From: Podarcis cretensis
Lineage: Eukaryota
Length of the DNA: 64,000 bases
Direction: 5' to 3'
Assembly: GCA_951804945.1 (NCBI GenBank)
Contig: OX638156.1
Location: forward strand, 33,914,001-33,978,000
Below are positions 10,630 through 23,456 of this stretch, piece after piece. Position 1 is the first letter of the stretch. Every line of letters begins with the position of its first letter. The position numbers and the translations under genes are program-made. A model generated the notes under the pieces. The model was not told where the DNA came from. It saw only the letters and a program-made list of their open reading frames with translations, and searched no databases.

Positions 10630-12325
10630 TTCCCACACTGAATTGGACAGTGTGATGGGGTAGAGGGGCTTACCTGACTGTTTACCAGGAAAGGCACTAC
10701 GAGGCCGATGCAGTGCAAATGCACTGTTGCACCAACCGGGCGCTTCTGCTGGTGTGTTGGTACGGCACACCCCTCCTCACTGACTCACCTTCCTCCCTCC
10801 TGCTAATCAGCAGCAACTCAACGTCCGGGAGGTCAGGTAAGTGTCTCTGCCCCACCATGCCATCAACTACTAGATGTACATTTATCGAAAATACTGGCTG
10901 TTGCATGACTGGGATGTAGCCTACTCTAGAAAGGAAAGAGCCTCATCTGTTGCTGTGCTTACTTTTGTCTCTGGCACTGCCCATTGCTGGCATGCACCCC
11001 TCAGGAAAAGTGCATGCTGCCCTCAGCATGAAAAAAGGTTTCTCATCCCAGATCTTGAGCCAGAGACCAAAATTTGTGGTGGATATGGAATGTCTGTGGG
11101 TTGCAGAGGATTCTGGGAAGTGCTTGAGGTGGCACCCTCTGCTCACAGGGGATATTGGCCAGTGCAGTGCCACTGTTCTGAGTGAGCAGGGAGTGTGCTG
11201 TGAATATTGCCAGAGATACTGTGCGCTGCTATGGGAGATTGGCAGCAGCACATAAACTGTCTTCCAGGGAAGTTGGTCCGCCATTACTGATCCTCTCCTT
11301 GAGGAACCCTTGATAAATTTCTGAGGAACTATCAGGCTCCCTGGAGCGTCATCTGAAAAATCACCGCCTTCCGCCAAGAACTTTCAGTTGTCATTTTTTT
11401 ACAAAGCACTTTATATCCTAGCAAATGGAGTAAACTATTTCCCAAAGGCATTCGGAAGGAAGGTTTACGGACGTTCTTACTTCTGCCTTTTGAGCATGCT
11501 GTTACATGGAATGCAGCCCTGTTGTGACACAATGCTTCTTGTAATTGTATTTAAATTCATTCTAATTTCCATATGAATGCTCAGGTGTACTCCGAATGCA
11601 AAGCTGTTGTCAGGGAAATAAAACATACAGCAGCACCACATTTCCCCTGCTCTCCCAATATATGCACTGGTTCCCAACTTTCCACCAAGCATCATGAATG
11701 GAAAAGAACCCAGAATACGGCTGTGCAGATGAAGAGGCGGAGCTTTGGTGATGCTCACATTGTCAATCATAAATGACCAAGAGAGGGGGATCACCAGGGA
11801 CTGGAAACTACTTTAGTTTAATTTTGCCAGAAAAACCCTGGCATTTGACTGTGTCAGACTCGTTGGCATCTCTTGAGTATGGTGGCCCTGTCAAATATGA
11901 AATCTCTGAAGCCTTAAATTGTTACTACTAAAAATGATCACATGCCAGTCATTGAATACCATCAACTCTTGAAAGCCACTGACTGTCAGCCCTTCAGTAC
12001 TGTCGAATATTAAAGACTGCAATAAAATAAAAAGAGATCTAATATTTGGCAAATATTTGGACTAATACAGAAATAGTCAGAAAACACCTGATGAATACTA
12101 GATTAGACATCAAAATTTGGAGGAATTTTTTGGGAAGCAAATTCATTTCATTTCAAGTACCAGCCTACTTCAGCTAAAGGTTATTTTTAAATGCATTCAA
12201 TGGATGAATCAGATGTTTTTAAGAGAGTTTTGACAGCCCCTGAATTAACCAGGGCCCCATTTCTCATCCCAACTCATTAGTTTCAGGTGGGCAGGAGGGT
12301 ATATTAAGTCAGCTGACGCATTAGA

Positions 12326-12463
12326 CCAGGGTCAAGGAGCATGTGATCTTCAGGTGTTGTTGGACTCTGATACCCATCAGCCCCCACCAGCATGACCAAC
12401 AGTCAGGGATTATGGGAGTTGTAGTCCAGTAACACCTGGAAGGCCAAAGGATAGTCACCCCTG
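12326..12463. mobile_element. Palindromic hAT MITE (degraded; same family as 50593-50728)
   Basis: cagggt...cacccctg ends, internal tgttgttggact / agtccagtaaca symmetry, near-TSD cattagac / ccttagat. Confidence 0.6.
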
Positions 12464-14638
12464 CCTTAGATATTTTTTTATTTAAAAAAATCTGCAAAGG
12501 GTGCTGAATAACATGGGGAATGAAAACCTCTGAGAACGCCCTCCCCACACCAGCACCTACACAAGTAAGAATGCTTCCAAGTCTTTTTTGTTTTTTAAAA
12601 GCAAGGCTAAAGGATCTTTTTTTGGAAGAGATACTTGATTTCTGGAAAATAATCCAACATGCAGAGCCTTTTAGCCTTCAAACAGCTATTTGATAACTCA
12701 TTAATAAAGTAATGAGGCTGGGGCTGCCTTCTTAAGTCAGGGCTCTGAATGCATAATGGGTTTAAGGCCACCTTGGAGCCACACAGTTGCAAAGAGACAT
12801 GTGGAGAAGGTAAAGCGGTGCCAAGGAGGGGTCGAAGGTCTGCAGAGAGGTGGAGGGAAAGGGCTGGAGGTTGATCCAAAGAGATAAGAAAATCAATTCC
12901 CCTCCATTCATGCCTGCTCAGCCCTTGCACACCAGGGAGATTGGGACTGGTGATCCAATACAGCAGAAGGGACCATGGGGGCAATAGAGCAATTATTTGG
13001 AGATGCTCCAAGCTCAAGAAGGCAGCCCCCAAAGACACAGAGGAACAAAGAAGTATCTACCTGAAACTCTTAAAAGTTAGAGAGATCCAACTATTATTAC
13101 ACTGCAGCTGAGCCCCTCTTGGCTGTGAGTCCTGGAAGACCTGCTCCCTGCCTTGCAGGCCTTTTTGCACCTGGCCTCGGAGGGCAGGGCTCTGACTGAA
13201 TAGAGAAGCTGTGTCTGGTAATAATTTAATAAAAATAATTTTTTTATTTATACCCAACCCATCTGGCTGAGTTGTCCCGGCCACTCAGAGCAAATTCCAA
13301 CACATATAAAAACATAACAGACTCTTCTGTTGGGGTATTGTGTTTTGTTGCTGCTGCTGTTATTAATTTTGTGTATCTCTTTTTTTTAGATCTTTCTATT
13401 ATTTATGTGGAAATCATTCAGTTTGGTCATGCACTTTTTGATGTGATTTATTTATTCATTTATGTCTGCTTTTGTTATTTGTAATTATGTCCTGTCCCCC
13501 CGCATATTATAAAGCCTCCTTGAGCATGGTTTTAACTATGGTAAAGTGTCACACAGATAAAATGATGTCTGTATGTATGTGTCTCGTCTTTCCTCCAAGG
13601 CGAAGAGGGTGACATGCGTGCACTGGGTTTCTCCCCTTTAATGCCTGCCCTGTTGGGTAGTTCAGGCTGAGAGATGGTGGCTGGCTCAGGATCATTCAAT
13701 GAGCTTTATGGCCCCAAAGGGATTTACACCCAGCAATCGCCCACTCTAGCCCAACTTTCTTCAACCTGGGTGTTCTCCAGTTGTTACTGGACTTCAACTC
13801 CCATCAGCTCCAGCCATCATGGCCAATGGTCTAGGAAGATGGGAATTGTAGTTCACAACATATGGCTGGCAAACTTAATTCAAATCCCTGGTGGAAACAC
13901 AGTGGAACAGAGATAGGAACCTGCTGCTACACCACACAAACACAGAGAGAGTAAAATAATTACAGGATTAAATAGATGCAAAAAATAGGGATGGGCTGAG
14001 CAGCTAAGTCTGCACTACTAGATTTGACTGTATAGGTGCAATTCTATATATGTCTACTCAGAAGTAAGTCCCATTGAGTTCAATGAGGCTTGCACTCAGA
14101 GAAATGAGTACAGGGCTGGTGTCTGTACCCATTTGTGTTGGTTGCTAAAGATCTACATGATCTATGTGTGTGCAATTTGCTGTGGGTTTTAGACAATTAC
14201 AGAAATGGGGTCAAACTAGTCAGCAGATTCATTGCAACAAACAAACAAACACCACCCTCTTCCCTTTCCCATCTTTCTGTAACTCACAGCTGCCTTTCAG
14301 AAAAAGAGAGAAGGAAAAGGCAGAACCAAGGATTGAGAACCTGTGACCTTCCAGGTTTTGTTGGAACTGCAACTTCCATCCTCATCCCTGACTGCTGGCC
14401 AAGTTGGGGCTTTGGACCACAGGGATACATTAAACGTTCCAGTTGCTTTGAAGTATAATACAAAATTTCAACATCACCACCTCGTGCAGCCTGAACTGGT
14501 GCAGGCCGTGAAAAGCTTTACCACTTGACTCTCCTAAATTTACAGAGCAGAAAATGGGCAGAGGGAACCACACACACCATTCAGTTTCACCCAGAAACAT
14601 AGAATTGTAGAGTTGGAAGGGACCCAAAGGGTTAACTA

Positions 14639-14870
14639 GGGCTTACTCACATTCCCTCTTGTTTCACTGCTTTCCCCCCCCCCCCCGGGGGGAAACTGCC
14701 CTTTAGAGCTCAATTGGAGCAAATGGCAATTCAGATTTCTGCTGGATTGATGTTTGCTCCAATTAAGCACTAAAGAGCGGGTTTTTCCCTGGGAAAGGAG
14801 CGGGGCAAGGGGGAAACTGCTTGGACCCCTGCTTTCTAGGCATGGGGCAAGTGGAAGTGTGGAAAGCCCC
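14639..14870. mobile_element. Palindromic MITE (possibly PIF/Harbinger) inserted in a CR1 tail
   Basis: Ends gggctt / aagccc; inner arms ctttagagctcaattggagcaaa / tttgctccaattaagcactaaag. The CR1 tail starts at ~14598 and resumes at ~14873. Confidence 0.55.
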
Positions 14871-17800
14871 TAATCTAACTGCCTGCAATGCAGAAATCAC
14901 AACCAAATAACTTGCACTTCTTAGTGCAAAAGCTAACAACACACACATTTATGTTACATTTACATCCAGCACTTTTTCCAAGGGGGTTCAAAGGGCTATT
15001 GTATTTTATCATCACAACGACCCTATGGGGTATGGCTAAGTGGAGGGAAGGACGCTGCCTGGGTGTGCAGGGCCAAACAATGCGCTGGCATCTGCAGAGA
15101 TTTGAACTCAGGTCTTCTATCCAAGTCTCTGCCTGCTACATCACTCCAGCCCACCCATTTCTTGCTTGGGAGCATTTGTTAAAGTCAGCAAAACCATATC
15201 TGTCCTCCTGAGTAGGGATGGATGGCTCTTTCTGTTCTGGTTTTCTCAGTTTTCCCTGTCTCAGTTTCTTCCCCATCTCTAGTCTTGAGAGAATTTCCAT
15301 TGAACTTCCAGACAATTAGCCCTGATGGAGGGCTGGAGATACATAACCATTAGGATTTTCTGAGCAAATTTCACGTTCGCACCTATTGTGCTGACGTGAA
15401 AGCTGATTTGCTGCTCCCAGAGTAAAGTCAAGAGCAGCTCTGAAAGACAAGAAAAACCAATAGTGTTTGCAGTTCAGGGTAGACTGCCAAAGTAGAAAAA
15501 AAGTAAGTGTATGTACATGCACATTTTAAACCCTGGGTGCCGTTTGCCTAGGAGCTTAAAACAACAACCATCACTAACTGAGACAGTTTGGTGGTTAAAG
15601 GTTATAGGAAGCAGACTCAAACCACAGGTCCATCTAGCTCAGGATTCCCTATACTGACTGGCAACAGCTCTCCAAGATTTAGGGAACCTGTGGATTGAAC
15701 CTGGGCTTTTGCACATAATTCCATGGCAGACATGCAGGACTTTCTCAGCAAGGCAGCACAGGAAGCAAGGGGGAGCAGCATCAGCTCCTGAAATTTGCTG
15801 GCAGTGTGAAGCTTCTGGATTGGCCTGGCCGAGATGGGATCTTGGCTGGTGAACAGAGCAGATCATTTGCTCGTGGATCTTTAGCCACAGGTCGCAGGGG
15901 TCCTGGGCTCGGGAAGGCGGAGAAATTTGGTTCTGTTTAGGTTTTATGCAAGCCTTCCCAATTCGCCCCTCCTGAATCTACCTATAAACTGAAATGCAGC
16001 CATCCTTTGAAATTTGCACTTCTCCAAATTTTGCAGTGCAGTTCTCCAACCAAAAATGTGTACAAAAACACACAATTATACTAGGAGAAAGTGGGCATAA
16101 AGGCACATATATCATTGTATTGGTGAAAAATTAGTTGCAAAAATGTCTGCATACAAACATGCGTATCTTATAATTTATTTATTTTAAAAAATGACAAACT
16201 AATGCAGAAATGTGTCCAACGGAACTTAGCTTGGAAAAATGAGAAGTTGAGAGGGTCCACAGCAAAGTGCTTTTGCCTGGTTTTACCTCTGACATCTCCA
16301 AGGTAGAGGTGGAAAAAGAGCCTTCCTAAGACCCTGGAGAGCTGCTGCCAGCCAGTGTAGACAATACTGAGCTGAATAGACTGACTGACTCTGTATAAGG
16401 CAGCTTCCTACATTCCTAAATTGAAATTGACAAATATATCCATCCCTACAGTACACTGGAAACACCTGTCTTGAGTCTAAATCTGGCCTGGACCCAACAC
16501 ACAGCTGGGGACCCCTCTCTCACCCCACTCCCCCACAATTTGTTCCACGAAGACGGATGTCCTGCCATCTTTCTACTCTGTCAAGCTGGCCTGCATGAAG
16601 TGGGGGAAGCGGCAGCAAAATGCTCCCCTAGGGCACTCTTCTCCCAACTTCTTGTCTCTTTGCTTTAATTAGTTCCAACAGAGCAAGCCTCTGACAGTCA
16701 TTCCTCCTGATGGCTCAGGATCGTTTCTGCCTGCTCTGATCCCTGCTCTGGCCCAGTGAGAGAAGGAGTTGCACAGTGGAGGGGGGATAAAGAGGTCAAG
16801 GAAGAAGACACAGTGGCCTACCTGACGTTGGTTAGCTGCAGGGAAGAGTCTGACAACTTCCCTGAGGCGGAGGAAAGCATTCGCTGCTAAGTACAGTATC
16901 TTCAGTAGACTGGGAGGCGGAGATGCCCACCAGCTAGCGTGCTATGGATCCAACCAACAAAGCCATGTTTCGTCAGGTAAGCAGAGTTGGAGCAAAGATG
17001 CTCTGGGGCTTGGCAAAAAACAACAGCACAGCCAGTGATGGAGAATTTGCTGCCTTTTAATGGGATTCTACAAATCTGGGACGCCTCAGCCTTGCAAATG
17101 GAAGAACTGGAAGAAAAGCCCATTCATTCCAGATTCTGCCCAGGCTCTGCCCCAACGCACCACATTTTGTCAAGGCCAGGCAGGGTGGTGGCAACTAGAA
17201 TAAAATAACTGGGAGCTCAGATAAGCCCCATTCCACATAATCAATCAGACGACGCTGTCCAATTACACCATTTGAATAGCAATGCCCATCAATTTTGAGG
17301 GGGCCCCTGGCCCCTTCAAATATTTTATTGGGGTGGGGAAGGATCTCGGCCTCTAGGAGTTGGCACCTATGGTCCAGGGTCCACCTTCAACATGCCTTTG
17401 GGCTGCTTTGGCCAGGTTGGGGGGGGTGGATATCCAAAGCATGATAGCAGATGGATCCCATAGGGCAGCATTAGGGGAGCCTGTGGCTTTCCCCATGTTG
17501 ATGGATGACCAGCTCACATCAGCCCCTGCAGTCAGCATGGGCAGTGGTCCAGAAATAATGGGAGTTGTAGACCAGGAACATGCAGGCTACCTTTGTTGTA
17601 AAGGAACTGTGTGACAAAGGGCAGCCAAGAGGGTCAGCTAACCCCATGGTGAAAGGAAGGTATCCAAGTGAGTCCCAGGACACAGTCCGAAGGCAGGTGA
17701 TGCAGCCCCCTTGCTGACTCAAAGCAGGGAGGTTCTGTATCTTTTTCAAACAGCATGCTTAACAAGCTGGTTTTTATATGTTTCAAAATGCCTTTAATTG

Positions 17801-18284
17801 TTTAAAATGTGATAATTGTATCATTTTATCACTTCTGTGTTTACTGCCCTGGGCTCCTTTGGGAGGCAGGTCAGAATAGAAATTTCATAAATAAACAAAC
17901 CAAGCCACTTTATTTTGAAGGGAAAGCAGCAACACAGAGTCCTGGTCTGGGCTGGGCTGCTGATCCAGAGTGGGCCCCTGTGTGGGTTTTTTTGCCTCCC
18001 AGCTGCTCTTTGCCTCCACGGGTGCAGTTGCAGAAAACAGGACCCACCCATGCACCCCAAAAAGACATACCAGGGAGAATTATTTGGAAACCAGCACAGG
18101 GCCTAATCTGTATCATGCAGCATAGTACCAAACTGGGGTTCTGTGCACCTCCTTGAAAGGGTTGCATCCACAGTGGCATGGGCAAGAGTTCCACTGGTGC
18201 AACACATTCATGTCCTCTCCCCCACTGCCCCCATCTTCTCAGGAGGGTCCTCTCTGGAGCTGCTCAAGTTGGCATACATGTTTC

Positions 18285-18452
18285 TCCTCCCTCCCATTCT
18301 TCATTTTGCCCTCACAACAACCCTGCGAGGTAGGTTAGGTTGAGAGATGGTGGCTGGGCCAAGTCACCCAGTGAGTTTCATGGCTGACTAGGGATTTGAA
18401 CTCTGGCCTCCAAAATCCTAGCCCAATTCTCTAACCATTATGCCACACTAGC
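18285..18452 (-). mobile_element. MIR/CORE-like tRNA SINE (also ~31245-31560 +, 36615-36818 -, 58270-58492 -)
   Basis: cctcacaacaaccctg(c/t)gaggtaggttagg...gggatttgaac...ctaaccattatgccacact; B-box GTTCAAATCCC on minus. Confidence 0.7.
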
Positions 18453-20862
18453 TCAGCCCACTCCTCATAGCTCCTTCTCACATGATTCTCTGTCTCTGCA
18501 TGTTCCTTCATCCCAAATAGGCTTTTAAAATCCTTCTTCACTGCAACACACACAACACTGAACACTACATTCTGAATTGTGCAATTCCTCCTCACACACT
18601 CCCCACAAATTATGCAATGATGTAAATCATGAGGTGAGAATTTACATCACTTGTTTCGAGCACAGAATTCAGGTCTTCTGGTTTCCCCTCTGCAGAATCC
18701 CAGGGTCCCTTTGCCAACCAGAGGGAGGAGGATTTGACAGTCTTTCTGTAGCTGCAGAAGACAGTCAAGGCAGGGGGGGGCAGGTCAGCTTGCCCCAGGC
18801 GCAAGCAGCTGCCTCATTCCACACTTTCCTCCCAATGACCTGGAATGCCGGAAGGATGCCCAGATCTCTCTCAGCAGCTCTCACCTGAGCGACAGACCCA
18901 TTAGCGGTGCAGCTGCAGCAGGAGCCATATATTAAGAGAGCTGTTGACCCCAGTGCAAAAAGCTCAACTTGTGTCAGATAACAGGACTGTGTGAAGGAGT
19001 TGCAAGCCTTTATCCGAGGCTCAGGGAACATCTGGCATGGAACGCTTGGCACTACCTCTAGAATTTATTTATTTTAATGGCAGGATTCCATCAGAGCACA
19101 CGCATGGGACCATTAGGCAGCAACCGGTTGCACACACATAGCTCCCCCAGACAATCCTGAGAACTGGATGCGAGAGCAAGTAGGTCAGTGGGCTGATCTA
19201 GAAAAAGCCACAGGGGTGAGGGATCCAGCGCCTCCCCTTTACTCCCTTGCCATTATTTGCCTCCTCCTAACCAGCTGAGACTAAAACCTACACCAGGGTG
19301 GCTGACATGATGCTCTCCAGAGGTTGGGCAGCTGTCCAGGCTAGGTGGTGCTGAAGTATCTGAATTGTCTAGTTACTGTACACTGTATTTTGAGACAACT
19401 TCAGATACTGTATCACCCCAGGGACTCCAATTATTGAATTGTATTATTTTGATGAATTTGTTGCTGTTTGCTTCATTTATACACTACTGCACTTGATATT
19501 ATAATGAATGTAATGTTTGTTGTTTTGTCTGCAACAAAGGATAAAACCAAGGTTCATGCACTCTCTTGTTGAGTCCCATTTGTGCCTATTCCCTCAGGGG
19601 ACCCAGGGATCAAAGGGCGTTCAACAGGCCACTCCCCCAGGATGGGCGCAAGGCACAATCTGGTCCGATGCCGAAATGTCACCTATGCCTGCAATTGCAG
19701 CCATGACATTCCTTGATCCCTTTTGCCTTTGATTTCTGGAGCAACGGAACTCTGGGGACTGCATGAGGCAAAAGGCATCTGACACAGCCTGGATCACAAG
19801 GAACAATCCCCTTATACCTGCCCAGGGAGGGATGCAATGCAAGGCTTAGAATACTGATAGGCAGCACACTGCAGGAGGAAGGTGCCTTGAGTGAAGCAAC
19901 ACAGGCATTGCCAGGGAGGGAGGCTTGGTGGCTGGAGGTTCATAAGCATCTTGGCTGCAACATGGGCTCTGAGGATCCCTTGCCACTACAATTAGGGCTG
20001 TGCATGGGCCAGGATTCTGTGCACACAACGTGGCCCTGATGCAAAATTCAGCTCCCTAAAGATCTCAGAACCCTTTTAAAAAACAGCAAAAATGAGTGAA
20101 GGCGATACTGTGATTCCCACATTGCAAAGGTTGGACTAGATGGCCCTTTGGTTCCCTTCCAACTCTACAATTCTGTGATTCTTTGCCAGCTAATCTCTCA
20201 GGTGGAAGAGAGAAAGGTCAGCTGAGATTTCTGGTGGCCTGATGGGGCCATGGCCTGTCCCCCAAAACCAGATAATTATTGCTGCATCCCACCCCAATCT
20301 CCACCAAATAACTGCACGAGATCCTAAGGGTTCCAGGTGCTCACCTAGGGTTCTGTTTTCTATGGGAAATCAAGGCACAGTGGAGAGTAGTGTCTTTAAG
20401 AAATATGGTTTCTTGTACACATATTTACACCTGGGTCTGCACTGAAGAGAGTTCAGAGCATTACATCTCAAGAGGGGCTTGTTCCCCAGAGCAGTGCAAC
20501 ATTGGAGCCCAAGGCATCCTGCAAAACTTCTCGGTGCCTCTGTCCCAATCTGCCAAGATGGTTCTGCCCTGCATGGCCTCTGCCTTGAGTTGTGGCTCCA
20601 CCCTTCTCCTTCCCAAAGACCCTTGCCAGAAAAAACTGAAGCCTTGTGTAAAATGACACCTTCTCCCTATAGCCACAGCTCCCATTACCTTGGCAGCCTC
20701 CTGCCTTCACCCAGTAGAGCCTCCTACCCGGTTGATGGTTTTCATTGAGGGGTTAATGACTTGCTTTCATTAATGACTTACCATTCTTATCACCTTCTGT
20801 CTCAGACCAGCCCTGGCACCTTCCCTTCAATACTGCACATATTATCTAAATTCTACCATGCA

Positions 20863-21104
20863 CAGTGGTACCTCGGGTTACATATGCTTCAGGTTACATA
20901 CGCTTCAGGTTACAGACTCCGTTAACCCAGAAATAGTACCCCGGGTTAAGAACTTTGCTTCAGGATAAGAACAGAAATGGCACGGCGGCGGTGCGGCAGC
21001 AGCAGGAGTCCCCATTAGCTAAAGTGGTGCTTCAGGTTAAGAACAGTTTCAGGTTAAGAACAGACCTATGGAACGAATTAAGTACGTAACCAGGGGTACC
21101 ACTG
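20863..21104 (+). mobile_element. Tc1/mariner-type MITE (CAGTGGTACC TIR family)
   Basis: TIR cagtggtacc...ggtaccactg, TA on the right flank (CA on the left), subterminal cttcaggtta repeats. Confidence 0.85.
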
Positions 21105-21498
21105 TATTAATTGCCAACATTCCCTAACTCTGACAGTTATGGGTGCACCCCCAAACTCTGTTACCCTGGACCTGTGACAGTATTTTACTGACTCCAGTTA
21201 TCCATTCAGTACACTCAGGTCCTGCTTTAAGGCCCTGAGAGGTTAGCAAAGTGGCTTACGAAAGAGAGTCTCACAACAAAGTCATGCTCAAATCTAGGAA
21301 GAGAAACCTTGTTGGTTATATGGCTGTGTGTCACTCTGGGTACATTAAGCAGAAGAGCAGAATAATAAAGAGTAATCATTATTATATTGAAATGGCAGAA
21401 ACCGGACATTATGCAAAATAAGAGACATCATGCCAAGCTGAACAGCGGTTTCGGAGTTCTACAGAATCCCAGTTCTCCCGGCACGGAAGCTCAATTAC

Positions 21499-21820
21499 CT
21501 TGATGCAAAGCTCTCAATCTCCCTTCCCGTTTGCCCAAGACACACACACACACACACACACACACACCACACACACACGGCAGGCCGCCAAATGGTGCAG
21601 TCGCTCCGAGACAGGCACGTAAGCCCTCTCTGCATGAACCCGCCAAGGGCTGAAGGCAAGCACCCCTCCGCCTTGCTCCCCACAGCATCCCCCTCCTATT
21701 AATCCCCCATCAGCTCTCAAAGCCAGAGGCAAACAACTACTGAGAGGCAGCGAGAGATCCCAGCCCAGCGCAGCTTTCAGAAAAAAAGGCGACTGTTTTG
21801 TTGCGATAATGGAGAGCCGG
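21499..21820 (-). other. Candidate alternative non-coding 5' UTR exon of ADGRB2
   Basis: Minus-strand acceptor CCCCCTCCTGCTCTTTCTTGTCAG| at 21821/21820 and donor CAAG|GTAATT at 21499/21498, in a locally CpG-enriched, repeat-poor segment. Confidence 0.3.
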
Positions 21821-22335
21821 CTGACAAGAAAGAGCAGGAGGGGGGTGCCAGGGACTAATTTCCTGTTGATATTTTTAAAGCCTCCATTAGAGACTCGGCT
21901 GCCCTCCACAGGGGAAGCTTTCTCCATCGCACACACCCTCCCTTGCACCCCCAACAGCTGTGAGCTGCACAGCAAAGTGGCGGGTCAGGTGGGGACATCC
22001 TATGAAAGACCGCTCCCAGGCTTCAGAGGCAGTGGCGGAGCGGATAAGTTCTGAAGTGCAGACCCTCTTTGTGACAACAACACGCACCCCCTCCCAGTCG
22101 CTTCTAAGAAACAGAAATCAGAGTTTGAACAGGGCAGAGATGATGGCAGGAGTGTACTAAGCCAGCTTCTTGCTGGCTCTCAGCTACACATTTTGCTCGA
22201 CATCCAGCCTGAGAAAGACCCCTGGTGGACTCAAAAGCTTGCTCACACTTTTGTGATGTTTTGGTAGGTCATAATGGTAGGCATTTGCTAAAATAAAATA
22301 GTGGCAGCTTAACCCTTAACCATGCATGCCTACAG

Positions 22336-22412
22336 CCTGGCTAGCTCAGATGGTTAGAGTGTGATGCTGGTAACACCAAGGTTGTAGGTTCAATTCCTGC
22401 ATGGGACAGCTG
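22336..22412 (+). mobile_element. tRNA-derived SINE head
   Basis: A box tagctcagatggttagag and B box ggttcaattcc; lacks an intact cloverleaf 3' end. Confidence 0.6.
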
Positions 22413-22827
22413 CACCTCTCCTGGTATGCCCCACGGAGGACCTTAAGGTCCATAAATAGCAACACCCTAGAGGTCCCGGGCTCTAAGGAAGTTAGATTAG
22501 CCTCAACCAGAGCCAGGGCCTTTTCAACACTGGATCTAGCCTGGTGGAACATTCTGTCTCATGAGACCAGGGCCCTGTGGGATCTGATTTCCTTCTGCAG
22601 GGCCTGTAAGACAGAGTTGTTCCACCTGGCCTTTGGCTTAGAATCAATTTGATTCCCTCCCCCTCTTTCTTTTTTCCTTTCTCCTCCTATGAAGAGGCTG
22701 CATCTTAATGTTTTAATGTTGTATTTTAATCTTGTTTTTAAGTTGTATTTTAATCAACTTGTTTTTATTATTGGTTGTTAGCCGCCCTGAGCCTGGTCTT
22801 GGGTGGCGAGGGCGGGGTATAAATAAA

Positions 22828-22859
<32 letters not shown>
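22413..22859 (+). mobile_element. L2-clade LINE 3' end (ORF2 C-terminus + 3' UTR + (TTA)n tail)
   Basis: YAPRRTLRS...RARAFS...WWN.L...FCRACKTELFHLAF resembles the L2 ORF2 C-terminal consensus (RAFS.AP.LWN.LP...LKT.LF..AF); ends aataaa + (tta)n. Confidence 0.8.
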
Positions 22860-23317
22860 GGCAAGCACCCCATGAAAGGGCATTACTATTCTTATTAAAT
22901 TTGATCCCACCTTTCTGCTGGGCAGCTCATTGCTGGCCCTTGTCCCAGCTGTGAAACGGAGGCGTAGTGCTTTCGCCAGGTCTGCATTGCAGCCATTTCA
23001 CAGTTAAGATTCATGTGGTCCCTTCAGAGCCACCATTTCATGGGAAAAAGTCAGTCCTGGGCAAAAACTGAGACTGCCTCCCCGGTGGATGCTCCACCCT
23101 TCAACGAGTGATGCAAGTGTGAAAAGTCATCAAAATGATAAATGCTACTATGAACAATCAGGGATGTCAAATAATTCCAATGCAAGTGAAAACCAGAGTG
23201 AAAATTGGGGATGGTTACTTATTTGTCCCATGTCCAGAATGGAAATTAATCCAGCAAGTATGATCAGTATATGCTGCTGTTGCTGCTTTGTGTTGGCAAA
23301 TGAGGCATAATTAAAAT

Positions 23318-23456
23318 AATAGAATTGTAGAGTTGGAAGGGACCCAAGGGTCATCTAGTCCAACCCCCTGCAATGCAGAAATCTCGGCTAAAGCATCCAT
23401 GGCAGACAGCCATCCAACCTCTGCTTTAAAACCTCCAAAGAAGTCCACCACCTTCT
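23318..23456 (-). mobile_element. CR1 LINE 3' stub (similar stubs near 20115-20180, 28160-28330, 29973-30040, 40540-40660)
   Basis: tagaattgtagagttggaagggacccaagggtcatctagtccaaccccctgcaatgcag. Confidence 0.75.
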
